64,000 nt of DNA from contig CM052816.1 in assembly GCA_028534125.1 (NCBI GenBank), positions 32,180,001 through 32,244,000 on the forward strand, read 5' to 3'. Shown in pieces: positions 26,240-39,824 of this stretch. The number at the start of each line of letters is the position of its first letter. Positions within the stretch are counted from its first letter, which is position 1. The DNA is from Lama glama (taxonomy: Eukaryota). The position numbers and the translations under genes are program-made. The notes below the pieces were generated by a model. The model was not told the DNA's origin and did no database searches. It worked only from the letters and a program-made list of their open reading frames with translations.

Positions 26240-29200
26240 GGAGAGAAAGACAACAGTAAATCTGGTAAATAAGTAAATAACATAGTATACTGGAAAATAA
26301 ACAAGTGTTATGTATAAAGAACAAAAAATAGTAGAGCACAACCAGAAGTGCCAGGGATTGGACTGTAGGGTGTGTGATCATTAATATTTAACAGTATGCC
26401 AGGGCAGACTTACTGAGAAGGTGATATCTTAGCAGACAGCGACAGAACGAGGCATGCAGGTATCTTGGAGAAGAGTGTTCCAGGCAGAGGGAAGAGCCAA
26501 CTCAGATTCTAAGGTGGGAATGTGACTGTTGAGTTTGAGCAGCAGCAAGTAGGCCACTGTGACTGGAGCAGAGTGAGAAAGGAGGAGATGAAGCAGAAGT
26601 TGTGGGAGGAAGGGCAAAGCAAGTAAGACCTTGCAGCGGCCACATGTAAGGTTCTGACTTTTACTCTACACGAAATGTAGCAGGGTTTTGAGTAGAGGCT
26701 GCTATGTGGAGGACAGACTGAAGGAGCCAAAAGTAGAAGCAGAGAGGCCACGAGGAGTTTATTGCAATAATCCAGGCTAGAGACGGGGACTAGGGTGGTA
26801 ACAGTAGAGGTGATGAGATGTGATGAGATTCTGGATATATTTTGAAAGTAGTGTCAACATGCTTTCTTGATGTACTGAATATGCAGTGTAAGAGAAAGAG
26901 AGATAAAATCAAGGTTTTTAGCCTCAAAAAACTACAAGGATAAAGTGCCATTAAATGAGATGGGGAATGCTACATATGGAGCAGATCTGGCAGGGGGAGA
27001 TCATTCTGAGACAATTGTAAGACTCAGACATTTGGGAAGGAGATCTAAACTGGACATGCACATTTGGGAGTCATCAGTACCCAGATGAATTTTAAGATCA
27101 TGATTATCAGGCAATAAATGCAGAAAGAGAAGAAAAGAAAACCAAGGAGTGAGCCCTACTTCTAAGGCTCATGAGAAAAAAAGAGGCTGCAGAGAAGTAC
27201 AAGCAAACAGACTGAAAATGAGTAGCCAGTAAAGTCATAGTAAAAACAAAATAGAGTGGTATCCGGAAGCCAAAGAAAGAAAGTGTATCAGCTAGAAGAA
27301 AAGAGGCATCAACAGTGCCAAATGGTGCTGACGAATCAGGTAAGATAAGGATGAAGAGCAGTTTTAACAGAATTATGGGGGCAAAACCCTGGTTAGAGTG
27401 GGTTTAATAGAGAATATTAGAGACATTGTCAATAATACTCCTTTGAGGAGTTTTGCTGCAAAGAACTAGGGCAGAAGTAAGATCAAAAGATTTTTTTTAA
27501 GGTCAAAGAAATAATAGCATCTTTATATTCTTGTGAATGTGACATAGCAGAAAGCGGAAAAAAAAAAAGACACTGTGAGAAATCCCAGAATTCCTGGAAT
27601 GAGTTTCCTGAGTAAATGAAAGGAGTGGAATCCAGTGTACATGATGGTTTTGGGTCTAGTTGTAAACAGTTTACCTCTCTAGGAACTAAAGGAAGGCAAA
27701 ATATGTGGGTGCAGAGGAGGTGATGGGTAATGTGGAAATTCTCTTCAGATTGCTTACATTTTTTCAGTGAAAAGGAAGGAAGGTCATCAGCTGACTGTAA
27801 GAATGAGAAGGAGATGATAGTGTTTGAGGAGAAAGTGAAAAAGTCTGAAACAGCCATGTGACAGACTTGGAGAGGGAAGAAATGAATGACATACAAAATG
27901 ATCAGTGGCAGCATTAAGGGCCCACTTCAGGTTGATGTGCATGAATCAATAAGAGTGAGGTAAAACATTCCCTGACATAAATCATAGCGATGCCTTCCTA
28001 GGTCAGTCTCCCAAGGCAATAGGAAGAAAAAAAAAAGCAAAAATAAACAAATGGGACCTCACTAAACTTACAAGCTTTTGCACTGAAAAGGAAACATAAA
28101 CAAAACAAAAAGACAACTTACAGACTGGGAGAAAATATTTAAAAGGATATGACTGACAGGGGCTTAATTTCCAGAATATACAAACAGCTCATACAACACA
28201 ATAACAAAAAAACAAACAACCCAATTGAAAAATGGGCAGAAGACGTAAACAGACATTTCTCCAATGAAAACATACAGATGGCCAACAGGCACATGAAAAA
28301 ATGCTCAATATTGCTAATTATCAGAGAAATGCAAATGAGGTATCAAAACTACAATGAGGTGTCACCTCACACCAGTCAGAATGGCCATCATTAAAAAATC
28401 CACAAACAGTAAGTGCTGGAGAGGGTGTAGAGAAAAGGGAACCCTCCTATACTGCTGGTGGGAATAATTTGATGCAGTCATTATGGAAAACAGTATGGAG
28501 ATTCCTCAAAAATCTAAAAATAGACTCACCCTATGATCCAACAATCCCACTCCTGGGCACATATCCAGAGGGAACTCTAATATAGAAAGATACACACATC
28601 CCAATGTTCATAGCAGCACTATTTACAATAGCCAAGACATGGAAGCAACTTAAATGTCCATCAACAGATGACTGAGTAAAGAAGTTGTGGTGTATGTATA
28701 TGTGTGTGTGTGTGTGTGTGTTTATGGAATTTTATATATACATAATGGAATATTACTCAGCCATAAAAAAGAATAAAATAATGCCATTTGCAGCAACATG
28801 GATGGACCTAGAGATTATCATACTAAGTGAAGTAAGTTAGAGAAAGACAAATATCATATGATATCACTTATATGTAGAATCTTTAAAAATGATACAAATA
28901 AACTTATTTACAAAACAGAAATAGACTCCCAGACATAGAAAACAAACTTATGGTTACCAAAGGGGAAAGGGGCAGGGTATGGATGGATTAGGAGTTTGGA
29001 ATTAACACATACACACTACTATATACAAAATAGATAAACAACAAGGTCCTACTGTACAGCACAGGGAATTACATTCAATATCTTGTAATAACCTATAATG
29101 AAAAAGATATGAAAAAGAATATATATGTATAACTGAATCACTATGCTGTACACCAGAAACTAACACAACATTATAAACTGACTATACTTCAATTTTAGAA

Positions 29201-29540
29201 AAAAAAATAGCGAAAGAAAAAAGAAAGAAAGAAAGAAAAGAAAAGAAAAGAAAGGAAGGAAGAAAGAAAAGAAAGGAAGGAAGAAGGAAAAGAAAGGAAG
29301 GAAAGAGTGAAGTGAGTCAGCAGGATAGGGGGCTTTTCTTCAGTTGTGTTTATCCATGGATGCATGTAGAGAGTTGGACTTACCCAGAGTTGTGGTTTTG
29401 TAAAGGACGAGGCAAGAGATGGGCAAGGGAGTGATTATAATGATCAACCATGAAATTAAGCTTGATGAGGAGGCATCAGAGAACAGCAAAGGGGTAAGAG
29501 ACAATCAAAGGTAGTTGGTAAGATCAATGGAGTCGAGGTA
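26240..29540 (-). mobile_element. Long L2 (L2a-like) remnant interrupted by L1 at 27962-29300
   Basis: Antisense L2 motifs gaagagtgttccaggcagagggaa, attgcaataatccagg, gattctggatatattttgaaagtag, catttgggagtcatcag; resumes after 29305. Confidence 0.8.
27962..29300 (+). mobile_element. 5'-truncated L1 with tail expanded into (GAAA/GGAA)n
   Basis: ORF 28149-28394 [16 protein letters not shown]...NPIEKWAED (L1 ORF2); 3'UTR; flanks aagagtgaggt and aagagtgaagt as TSD; internal (GT)n near 28700. Confidence 0.93.
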
Positions 29541-29664
29541 ATGAACTTCATCATTTTCACTGGAGTCATTGTTTCAACCACTCAACTCTCTGAATCTTAA
29601 TTGTTATTAATTATATTACTTCTTTTTTGTGTTACTTGAGAGAAATGCTATATTAGACATTAAA

Positions 29665-29950
29665 TCACTCATTCATTCACCTATTCAAAGACTTCCTACT
29701 GATAAATACTAAGTACCAGATGCTGTAGGATATAAGGTTAAATAAGATTGGTCTTTGACCTCAAGAATTTCACAGCCTACCAAAGGAAACAGATGGGTAA
29801 AAGGAATTACAGAATAATGTGGTAAATATCATGAAAAACTACTATTGCAGTACAGAGGGGAGATCTCTAAATCAAACTGAAGGGTGACAGAAGACTTCTA
29901 AGGTGGGGCTTTGAAGATCAAATAGAAAATCAAAGAGGAAATAGAAAAAG
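29665..29950 (-). mobile_element. L2 3' fragment
   Basis: cactcattcattca...ggtctttgacctcaagaatttcacagcct. Confidence 0.65.
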
Positions 29951-32900
29951 GCCTTACATGGCTCATCCCAACTATAAATTAAAATGCTGATTGAGGTTGG
30001 GCCAAACTAGAGGCTTGTGGATTCCCCTAAAAATCACCTTCTAAATTATATAATTTCACTAAGTAGCCATAGCTGTTCTGCCAGACATGGCCATTTCACC
30101 CAGCTCTGATTTCGCCATCTTGTCCAGGAAGCCATCTCAAGCAACAACTTCAAATATCTTGCTGGAATCAAAATTCTGTATCCAGTTTCTCTGACCTCTC
30201 AATGCAGGGAACCTATCTAAAGGAGAGACTGATTTGCCAATTGTTCTTAGAAAACTCATGCAGACTCTCCTAATTTATCACTGACTTTTTCCCTAAGTGC
30301 TAACAAATCACATGTTTAATATTCTGTTTTAGGATTCTGCCAATAACTTACATCAAATTCATTAACCTGTAACTTGTCTGCTTATATTGGATGAAACCAG
30401 GCAGGAAATCAATAACTCTTTGAAAATGTATCAACGAGATGATAGTGTTTGAGAGAATCACTTTCATGCTAAGGGAACTGAGAAGAGGAAGTTCCGTCTA
30501 AGAAAAAGGATGAGGATAGACAGGGCAAGATAAACGGAAGGGAAAGACAGAACATTAGCGTGGAGAAATGGAGCGTTATTTAAGAAGTATGCATTCAATT
30601 TATGAAGGGGAGTAAACCAAGTCAGCCTGGATAAAATCCTTAGAAGTCAAAGATAATGTCTTGGTTCTGACATCTGGTAAAGGGCTCTCTTAGAGCTTGA
30701 GATAAAAACCAGACCTACTGGGGAAAAACTTGGAAACCACTTTTAAATAAAACAAAGGAAATTCTTTTCTATGACATCACATCAACTCTGCCAAATCCAT
30801 TTGCCAATGCCTGTCACAATGTTTACAATTAAGAATCTGAATACATAAAAGTCCTTGGTTCCACTGCAGTTCAGCAAGGCTGCCAAGAATATGGAATAAC
30901 TCCCTCAAGAGAAAGGAAAAAAATTAAATTGATAACAGACAACAAATCACAGTTCAATCCATATGATAGAGACTAGTGGGTTAAAGAAATTGCATTAAAT
31001 GGGTCAGGGAAGGCCTATCTGATAGCCAAGCCACTAAAATTGCTTTTTTTTTCCTTAATTGTAAAAGTGAATTCCCAAGTTTTGTTTTATTTGATTCCTT
31101 TAGTGCCTATATTAATTTTTCAATCTTAAAATCAAAATACATACTTAACACTACTTTCATCAAGTTTAAAAATAGTCCCTGACCAAGGAAGAGGGATGGC
31201 CAAGGGAGAGACTACTTTTGATTATCTTTTGGTTAAAACTTATTACAAAAAAAAAAAGAAATAAAGTAATGCTCAAGTGAAGTATCTGATGAGCAGAAAA
31301 TCCAATATTCTCTGTTTACTTTTTGCTGGGGAGGTAGGAAGTGAAACCTAGAAATCCTGAAATTGCCAAAATGAAAGCAGCCTGATTAAATCTTTTCTCA
31401 ATGTAACATTAAGAACAATTTATTATTGTACCAAGATTTGCCCACCCTGAAAACAAGTGTGTTCCCTTTAGGGAAGGCAGCTAAGGCAATTAGAACAATA
31501 TGTTATTTGTTGCATTTTGGAATATCACTGAAATATTCTCTTTCAATTTCAATGGGAAAAAATTTAATCAGCATTATTTATGAAACAGCAACCAAACGGT
31601 GTGAATAATGATATGGGCGGGCACTCCACAGGTGAACACTGCCTTCTCTACTGTTTCACATGCTCTGAGCAGACAACCAAGCTACAAAAGCAAGAAATTT
31701 TGAAAACAGAGCCACATGAATAGTTGAGATTGAAATGAAATGAAATGAAATGTATGCAAAATTAATCTGGCATATTTAAGGATGAATCATTGTTATTGTA
31801 CTTTTTTTACATTATTGGTGATCATGCATAATTGACAATTTGTTTATATATTTATTGTAACTAGCATTTTTAACAGTTTTTCTCTCTTCTTTATTTCTCA
31901 GTGCCTGCTGTCAACGTTGCTTGACAGTTTTCCTCATTCCATGGCAGATTTTAATTCCCATCATCACTTTACTCCTGTCATACAAGTTAAAATAAGATTT
32001 TAGACTTGGCACTTCAAATTCAGGCCCAAGGCTCTAGTCCAAGACCTCTGTGCTATCCAGAGTCTTGCCCACTCTACACCACCACAGCAGGCCTTCAAAT
32101 GCCATTTTAATAACTCCATTCAGGAGCCCAGAAGTCCTGACATCTGAAGAGTCAAGAGACTGAAAATGTAGGCTATAAGTCTATCCAAGAATTGGAGATG
32201 TGGCAAGCACAAGCGGGAACAGTGTGCAGGGAGGGGTGGAAAGCGGGTCAGTCCACCAGGATAGGTAAGAAAGGGAAGAAGCAGGTGCCAGGGAAGGAAC
32301 AGAGCTGGAGTGTAAACCTTCAGAGAAAACACAAAAAAGCTGCTTTCATTGGTTCTTCCTACCTGCTTTCTCCCTGACATTTAGCCTTAAGACTGCCAGA
32401 TGCCTTTAAAAATACGAGACAGCTTATTTCCACATTATTTCACTGACACATTTTTCCCTTTTATGCACTGCCTAGGACTTGGCGTAATGCTGCATGTGCT
32501 ATGAGAACTCAATGAGTAATTACTGAATAAGTTATTTTTTATTGCTTTTGAAAGAAACTGCTCAGTATTGCATGTGTGTGTCTCACTAGAACCAGGTCAC
32601 TTGCACACTTAACCAATTAGTCATAGATTACTGAGTCGTTCATCTAGAAGCCATCCAGGCATCCAGGGCATAGCAGGGAGAGTGTGCCCGAGTCCAGGTC
32701 TGCACTGATTGTTCAGTGTTCTTGGTATAAAGCAGGTAGAAATTAATTTTCTATCTCAAATCTACATTTTGTCTTAAATAACTGTGTGAATTTGACCCTA
32801 ATAGCAGCCAGCTGCTTGATCTTAGGGCATATAGTTGTTACACTAACTTGGGTTTTCTTGTGTTTAAGAAGAGGGAGTTATTCATTTCACTATCTTTTAT

Positions 32901-33149
32901 TAAGCAGGTCCCACCTGCAAAGCATTGTGCTTGACACTCTACAAAGTTGAAACATGACAGTATGGTGGGTGCCCTCTATTTTCTTCAAGGGCTGAGACCA
33001 TCCAAAATAGATGGCTATCTATCCTCATCTAAACACTCACAAGAAAGGGTATTTAGGAACATCTCTAACAATAAAACTAATTCTTCACTTCCACTTTCTT
33101 TTCCTTAAATCCCTTTTGGGGTTTAACAAGGACACTGATAAAATGCTTT

Positions 33150-33345
33150 ACATTCCCTAGAATTAGAAAGCTTTTTATTTCTAATCTAAATCCTGCATAC
33201 TATAGCTTAAATCCATTTCTTCTTATTCTGTTCTCATGGAAGACAGAGAAAAATCATTCATCCTCCTCTATATAATAGTCCTTCATGTATTAAAGATTTC
33301 AGCCTTCATTTCTCCAGGTTACATAATGCCAATTCCTTTTATTTT
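33150..33345 (-). mobile_element. CR1/L3 3' fragment
   Basis: Minus strand reads KELALCNLEK*RL and RIRRNGFKL..FRLEIK, matching CR1 C-terminal motifs. Confidence 0.65.
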
Positions 33346-34042
33346 ATTCATATATCTTATTTTTCCCAAGCTTTTAAATTAATTCCATTGCACTCCTCTT
33401 CGACTCTATGGATGATGAAATAGTCATGCAGCCCCTTTCAGATTCTAATTGGGTAATAAACCTTCAGGGAGGGAAGTATTTTTAAATCTTAAACCAGAAT
33501 CTCACATGATCTGGGGTTTGAAACATTTTTTGGACAGCAGGAGAAGGCTGGAAAGCACATATAACATTGGCACAGAAAGCATGGGAAGAAGTGGGAAAGT
33601 ACTATTTGGATATTATTATTATTTTATAAAAGAGTAAACTTAGGCATGTGTCACAGCAAATTAGGAAAAGATGCAAGATTAAAGTCACAATTAAAATAAC
33701 CAGCTGCTGATTCCTGGTTTTCTACCAAATTGCTGTCAAGTGACTATGATATCTGATCATAGTAATCTAGACTAAAGTTATAAAAAAAATCACAATCACA
33801 GTATCACAGTTTAATTGGGCAGTGAGAATTCACTCTGCACTGTGTTCCTATTATTTTTCTGGAAAGTGTTCCAGTTTCTCCTCTTTCCTTTCCAACTAAG
33901 TTGTACAAAAGAGTTCCTTTTTGCTGATATATTGAACAGGGGGGAAATAAGAAAAACCTCTGAGACTGTTAACCTTTTAGATGTCATCTGATATCTAGAA
34001 ACGATTAGTATGTATATTAAGTATTATTTGCCTAAATTCCAT

Positions 34043-34520
34043 AACTGATGAGTGGATAAGTAAAATGTGGTATATCCATACAATTGAATATTATTCAGCC
34101 ATAAAAAGGAATAAAGTACTCACACATGCCACACACCATAGATAAACCTTGAAAACATTGTAAGTGAAAGAAGCTAGACACAAAAAGCCCTATATTGTAT
34201 GAGTCCATTTGTATGAAATGTCCACAGTAGGCAAATCCATAGAGGCAGAAGACAGATTAGCTGTTGCCAGGACCTTTGTTGCCAGGACCTTCCTTCTTTG
34301 AGGAAGAGGGATAAGTAATGACTGACTGTTAAATGTGGACACAATTTCCATTGGAGGTGATGAAAAAGTACTGGAACTATAGTGGTGATGGTATGGCAGG
34401 GCTCATAAAGCAATAGGTGAAATTCTCCTTATGAAATGTACTTAATACCCCCAAATTGTACACTTTAAAATGATTAAAATGGTAAATTTTATGGTATGTG
34501 TATCTTACCATGATAACGAA
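34043..34520 (+). mobile_element. L1MB-like 3' end
   Basis: aaaatgtggtatatccatacaa...gcaaatccatagaggcagaa...aattgtacactttaaaatg; internal 15-bp duplication tgttgccaggacctt. Confidence 0.85.
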
Positions 34521-34984
34521 AATGTCACGTGTTTTCTCAAGGACCATATGTATTAACACAAAGTGAAGCAGATACAGAGGTGGAATACAAGAGGACTCAC
34601 TTGCAAGATGGTAATCAGTTGTTTGAATATTTATTGAGAGCCCAGCAGCTGAGTGGAGCATCCACACTTCCTTTTCTTCTCCCCTCTGAGACATATGTTT
34701 ATTCTTAGAGAAAAAAGTAATGCACAGACTCTATTCAGCCACCAAATATATCCATATCTGTAAATAAACAACCAAAAATGAAACAAATAGCTGCTAAAAA
34801 CACATAAAAGTTCATCTTGGGTCCTAAAATAAGGATTGGCAAATTTATACTTAAATTTACTCAATCTATGCCATGAAAAAGAAGGGATGCTGTATAGTGT
34901 ATCTGCATATGATTTCACAAATAGGGATCTTTTCTATCTTACACACCATTTATCATAAAGAATAAAACATACAAGATAGTTTGG

Positions 34985-35369
34985 ATTACTCTTCAATAAC
35001 TACTCACTCCTACCCTTACTCACTCCTACCCTTACCCACTCCACGGGTTCAGTATATTCCCCTGCCCCATGGATTCAAGGCTTGGCCTGTGATTGATTTT
35101 GACCAAAGGAATCTTAGAAGGTGATGTGTGTACTGCTCCCTGCCACAAGAAAATGCTCTGAGCAGAAACTGGTCCAAGAACAGTGAAAGGCACGTAAAGC
35201 TGATACAACTCCAATTGGCAGCCTTAAGAAGAGTGGTCCAACTGTTCTAGGTTAGATCAATCTGCAGTCAAATATAGACCTTGGAGCCTGTAATAATTTT
35301 ATGTTGTTGTAAGTCATGAAGTTTTGGAGTGTTTATGCAGCACTACTATGGTAATAGCTGATTAATACA
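34985..35369 (+). mobile_element. MaLR LTR (MLT1H/I-like)
   Basis: ggcttggcctgtgattgattttgaccaaagga...gttgttgtaagtcatgaagttttgg...gtaatagctgattaataca; 16-bp tandem units near 35000-35045. Confidence 0.7.
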
Positions 35370-36096
35370 AACACATATATTGGGATAAACTGATCCCAAA
35401 TTCTCCCACAATATGATATTTAAAAAGTACTTAGAAACCATCAATAATAAGTTAGATTTTTCTCAATATACTTCCTTTTCAGTCATAGATTTAGTATTAA
35501 AAATTGTCAACTGTATAAAATGGAAATTTAAACGAAGTAACCTATCTCTTATCTATTAGTACAATGGGTGAGATTTTCAAGGATGTACTACTAGGATGTT
35601 AAAAAATATAGAAACTATGATAGCTGTTGCATATATGCTGAAATAATGAGGTTCCAATAAACATCTTGATGAAAGCAAATTAATCACTAATTTGACATCT
35701 CCTTTTGGCAAATTAGCAAGATTAGGTTTCACATTAAATGAAAATGTGTTTGTGCTTAAGTACTCCATCAAATCAGGATCACTGGTGGCATGGCTAAAGG
35801 GATATAATTCAAGTAAATCTCCTCACTGTATTTCCATTTCAGACATTTCCTAATTTTCATGTTTTCAGGCTACAGGCAGGGCTTATAAAGAAATGTCATA
35901 CTTTTCCTGAAATTTTCCTTATGAAATATTTGAGTAGTTTATAGGGAAAGCATTTGGCACATTCAGAAACCCTTATGATCTTTTTCTTTTAACCTGTGTC
36001 CCACCATTGGTCCAGGTGGAAAACTGAAAATACTATACCATGACTATTAAGAACATATTTATAAAAACATTGAGTCTCTTAAAGAACTGTAATTCA

Positions 36097-37123
36097 ATAA
36101 GCCTATAGATTGCTTTGTGTAGCATGGTCATTTTAACAATACTGGTTCTTCCAATCCAAGAGCATGGGGTATCTTTCCATTCCTTCAAATCATCTTTAGT
36201 TTCTTTAATCAATGTTTTATAGTTCTCTGCATATAAGTCTTTCACCTTCTTGGTCAAGTTTATTACAAGTATTCCTTTTGTGTGATTTTAACAGGGATTA
36301 TATTTTCCCAGTGTTCAAAGCAGCACTGTTTACAATAGTCACGACATGGAAGCAACCTAAATGTCCATTGACAGATGACTGGGGAAAGAAGTTGTGGTGG
36401 GGTAGAGCACGTGCTTGGCATGCAGAAGGTCCTGGGTTCAATCCCCAGTACCTCCATTAAAAAAATTAAGTAAAAAAAATTTAAGAATAAATAAATAGAT
36501 AAACCCAATAACCTCCCCCCACCAAAAAAAAAGAAGAAGAAGAAGAAGTGGTATATATATAATATATATACATAATGGAATACTACTCAGCCATAAAAAA
36601 GAATAAAACAATGCTATTTGCAGTAACATGATAAACCTGGAGCCATCATACTAAGTGACGTAAGCCAGAAGAAGAAAGAAAAATACCATATGATACCACT
36701 TACATGTGGGACCTAAAAAAATGACACAAATGAATTTATTTATAAAACAGAGACAGAGACAGACTCACAGACAGAAAACAAACTTATGGTTACCAGGGGG
36801 GCCAGGGGGTGGGGAGGGATAAATTGGAAATTTGGGATTTGTAGATATTAACTACTATATATAAAATAGATAAACAAGGTCCTACTGTATAGCACAGAGA
36901 ACTGTATTCAATACTTTGTAATGGCCTATAATGAAAAAGAATATGAAAAAGAATGAATATATATATATATGTGCAGGTGTGTATATATATATATAGTGTG
37001 TGTGTATAAATGAATCACTATGCTGTACACCAGAAATTAACACATTATAAATTGACTATACTTCAATAATACATAAATAAATAAACAAACAAACAAATAA
37101 AATACAATGTGGGTCAAAAAAAG
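36097..37123 (+). mobile_element. L1 with 5' inversion: antisense ORF2 at about 36097-36305, then sense 3' end
   Basis: Minus ORF 36033-36257 ([31 protein letters not shown]) abuts sense [16 protein letters not shown]; degenerate TSD aaagaactgtaattca / aaagaaatacaattca. Confidence 0.88.
36399..36545 (+). mobile_element. 5'-truncated tRNA-derived SINE (camelid Vic-1-like) inside L1
   Basis: ggtagagcacgtgcttggcatgcagaaggtcctgggttcaatccccagtacctcc with B-box GGTTCAATCCC (36435-36445), AT-rich linker, acctcccccc, A-tail; aagaag..gtggt on both sides. Confidence 0.85.
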
Positions 37124-38139
37124 AAAGAAATACAATTCAGTTTTAACTTTTCACAGGGCACAAAGTTTTATTCTTCTTAATAAAATGCTAGTTTATGACT
37201 ATGACGGAACATCTAATGGAGGTAATTTTCCTCTTATTGGACACTCCCTGCCATTCACAAAAGTTCACTGTAAAAGAAAAAAAATGTAAAATAATACATG
37301 AAGAAGAAGAAAAAGAAAAAAAATGCTTACTAAGAAATATAACCCCAAAAGGAATTTAATCTTTATGATAATTAGAAAAAAAATAAGATAGATAAGTCAT
37401 AGAGGTAGGCAAAGAGACATAGCATTCTACTTGCCTGAGATAGCTGAGAGTTAAAAACGGCTGTGGAAAGACCAAAGCACACCCTTAAATCGCCACAACA
37501 GGAAGTGGAACAAAAAATGCTATTTATTCATTCATTCAATAAACATCAACCAGACACCATGTACTTGATTAGAATTTTAAATAAATCAAGGAAGTAGAGA
37601 TTACAGGTTGCAGTAACTCTGAAAAACTTAAGTAATGACCAGAGTGGAGAAACACATTTAAGGAATCATGAGTTCTGCCCTGGGGGAAAGGGTAGTCATG
37701 AAAAATTCCAGAGGCAGGTCTCCAAAGTAAATTCACTGCATGTGTCCTCTGACTAAATTAGAACCATGGAAATCTTTCGGTTTGTTTTTTTTTTGGTCTT
37801 TAAATTATTACATTGTAAAGCAATAGGCCTTGTGATCAGAAAGGAAACTTAAAGAAACCAAGAAAGTATTTGAGAAGGATTCAAATACTTTAAATATTTC
37901 GAATATTTTAAAGTTTTTAATCTCTGTGGTAGGCAGAATTTGAAGATAGCCCCCCAAGATTCCTGGCATCTGGTGTGCTGACATCTTCTCCTAGTTATTC
38001 AAACACTAGTCTAAATTCTGCTGTGAAGGGATTTTGTAGATAATTAGGTATCAAATCAGTTGACCTTAAATTAAAGAGATTATATGGGTGGGCTGAATTT
38101 AATCACATAAACCCTTTTTTTAAAAATAGTTCCCATGAG

Positions 38140-39718
38140 AATTTTATTTTTTTTATTGAAGTATAGTCAGTTTGCAATGTTTTGTCAATTTCTGGTGTAC
38201 AGCATAATACTTCAGTCATATATACATATATTAATTTTCGTATTTTTTAATTATGTTATTATAAAATATTGAATATAGTTCCCTGTGCTCTACAGTATGA
38301 ACTTGTTATTCATCTATTTCTATTCAGTAGTTAATATCTGCAAATCTCTAACTCCCAATTTATCCCTTCCCACCCCTTTCCTCACTTGGTAACCATAAGT
38401 TTGTTTTCTATGTCTGTGAGTCTGTTTCTGTTTTCTAAATAAGTTTGGTTTTTTTTAGTTTCCACATATAAGTGATATCATATGGTATTTTTCTTTCTCT
38501 TTCTGACTTATTTCACTTAGAATGACAATCTCTAGGTCCATCACGTTACTACAAATGGCATTATCTTCTTTTTATGGCTGAACTTCTTTACCCAGTCATC
38601 TGTGATGGATATTTAGGTTGTTTCCATGTCTTGGCTATTGTAAATAGTTCTGCTATGAACACTGGGGTGCATGTATCTTTTTGAATTAGAGTTCCCCCCA
38701 GATATATGCCCAGGAGTGGGATTGCTGGATTATATGGTAAGTCTATTTTTAGTTTTTTGAGGAACCGCCATACTGTTTTCCATAACAGTTACACCAAATT
38801 ACATTCCCACCAACAGTGTAGGAGTGTTCCCTTTTCTCCACATCCTCTCCAGAACTTATTGTTTGTGGACATTTTCATGATGACCATTCTGACTTTTTTT
38901 CCTTTTTTTGTCTTTCAAGCTTTTATTTAAGGGCAATGATTTTAGATCTTGTTGAACGCAGCCACGTCCATAGACTGCACCTAGTCCTCAAAAGCAGTGA
39001 TCCGTTCCGCCAGTATATCTATTCCAACCTTATCGTCTTTAACTATACACTGGAACTAGTTTAGAAGAGCCCCAGACCCAGCCATCTGCTTGAATGCTCC
39101 TGACGCACTCCTCTAGATGACTGGTGTGAAGTGATATCGCATTGAAGTTTTGATTCACATTTCTCTGATAATTAGCAATAATGAGCATTTTTTCATACGC
39201 CTATTGGCCATTTGTATGTCTTCACTGGATAATTGCTTGTTTAGGTCTTCTGCCCATTTTTGGATTTTTTTTCTAATTAAGTTGTATGAGCTGTTTATAT
39301 ATTCTGGAAATTAAGCTCTTGTCAGTCTCAGTTTTTGCAAATGTTTTCTCCCAGTCCGTAGGTTGTTGTTTTGTTTTGCTTATGGTTTCCTTTGCTGTGC
39401 AAAAGCTTATAAGTTTAATGAAGTCCCATTTGTTTATTTTTGCTTTTATTTCTATTGCCTGTGTAGATTGCCCTAGGAGAGCATTGCTGAGATTTATGTC
39501 ACATAATGTTTTGCCCATGTTTTCTTCTAAGAGGTATATAGTGTCTTATCTTACGTTTAAGTATTTAAGCCATTTTGAGTTTATGTTTGTATGTGGTATG
39601 AGTATTCTAACTTCACTGATTTACATGCAGCTGTCCAGCTTTCCCAACACCATTTGCTGAAGAGACTGTCTTTACTCTATTGTATATTCTTGCCTCTTTT
39701 GTCAAAGATTAATTGATC
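38140..39718 (-). mobile_element. 5'-truncated L1
   Basis: ORF 39273-39518 (-) KAKINKWDFIKLISFCTAKETI; antisense 3'UTR; degenerate aaacc-tttt-aaaaa-agtt duplication at both ends. Confidence 0.93.
38894..39117 (-). pseudogene. EEF1B2: 5'-truncated processed pseudogene of elongation factor 1-beta
   Basis: Minus strand: [23 protein letters not shown] / [34 protein letters not shown] (EF-1beta C-terminus); TAA at 38942-38944, AATAAA at 38922-38927, poly(A) at 38894-38909, TGACT on both flanks; internal deletion and premature TAG at 38981-38983. Confidence 0.95.
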
Positions 39719-39824
39719 AAAACCTTTTAAAAAACAGTTTTCTCCCATTGGTCTCAGAAGAGGAATTTAGAGAGCTCCAAATTGTGAGTGAGATTCAATG
39801 AGGGAGAAATTTCCCATTTTGGGC

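Noticed and set aside
27483..27914. 143-aa minus-strand ORF
   Set aside because: Lies within the L2 remnant; no host-gene similarity.
36399..36455. tRNA-like sequence with B-box
   Set aside because: Lacks the 5' acceptor arm and has a SINE tail and flanking repeats; it is a SINE, not a tRNA gene.
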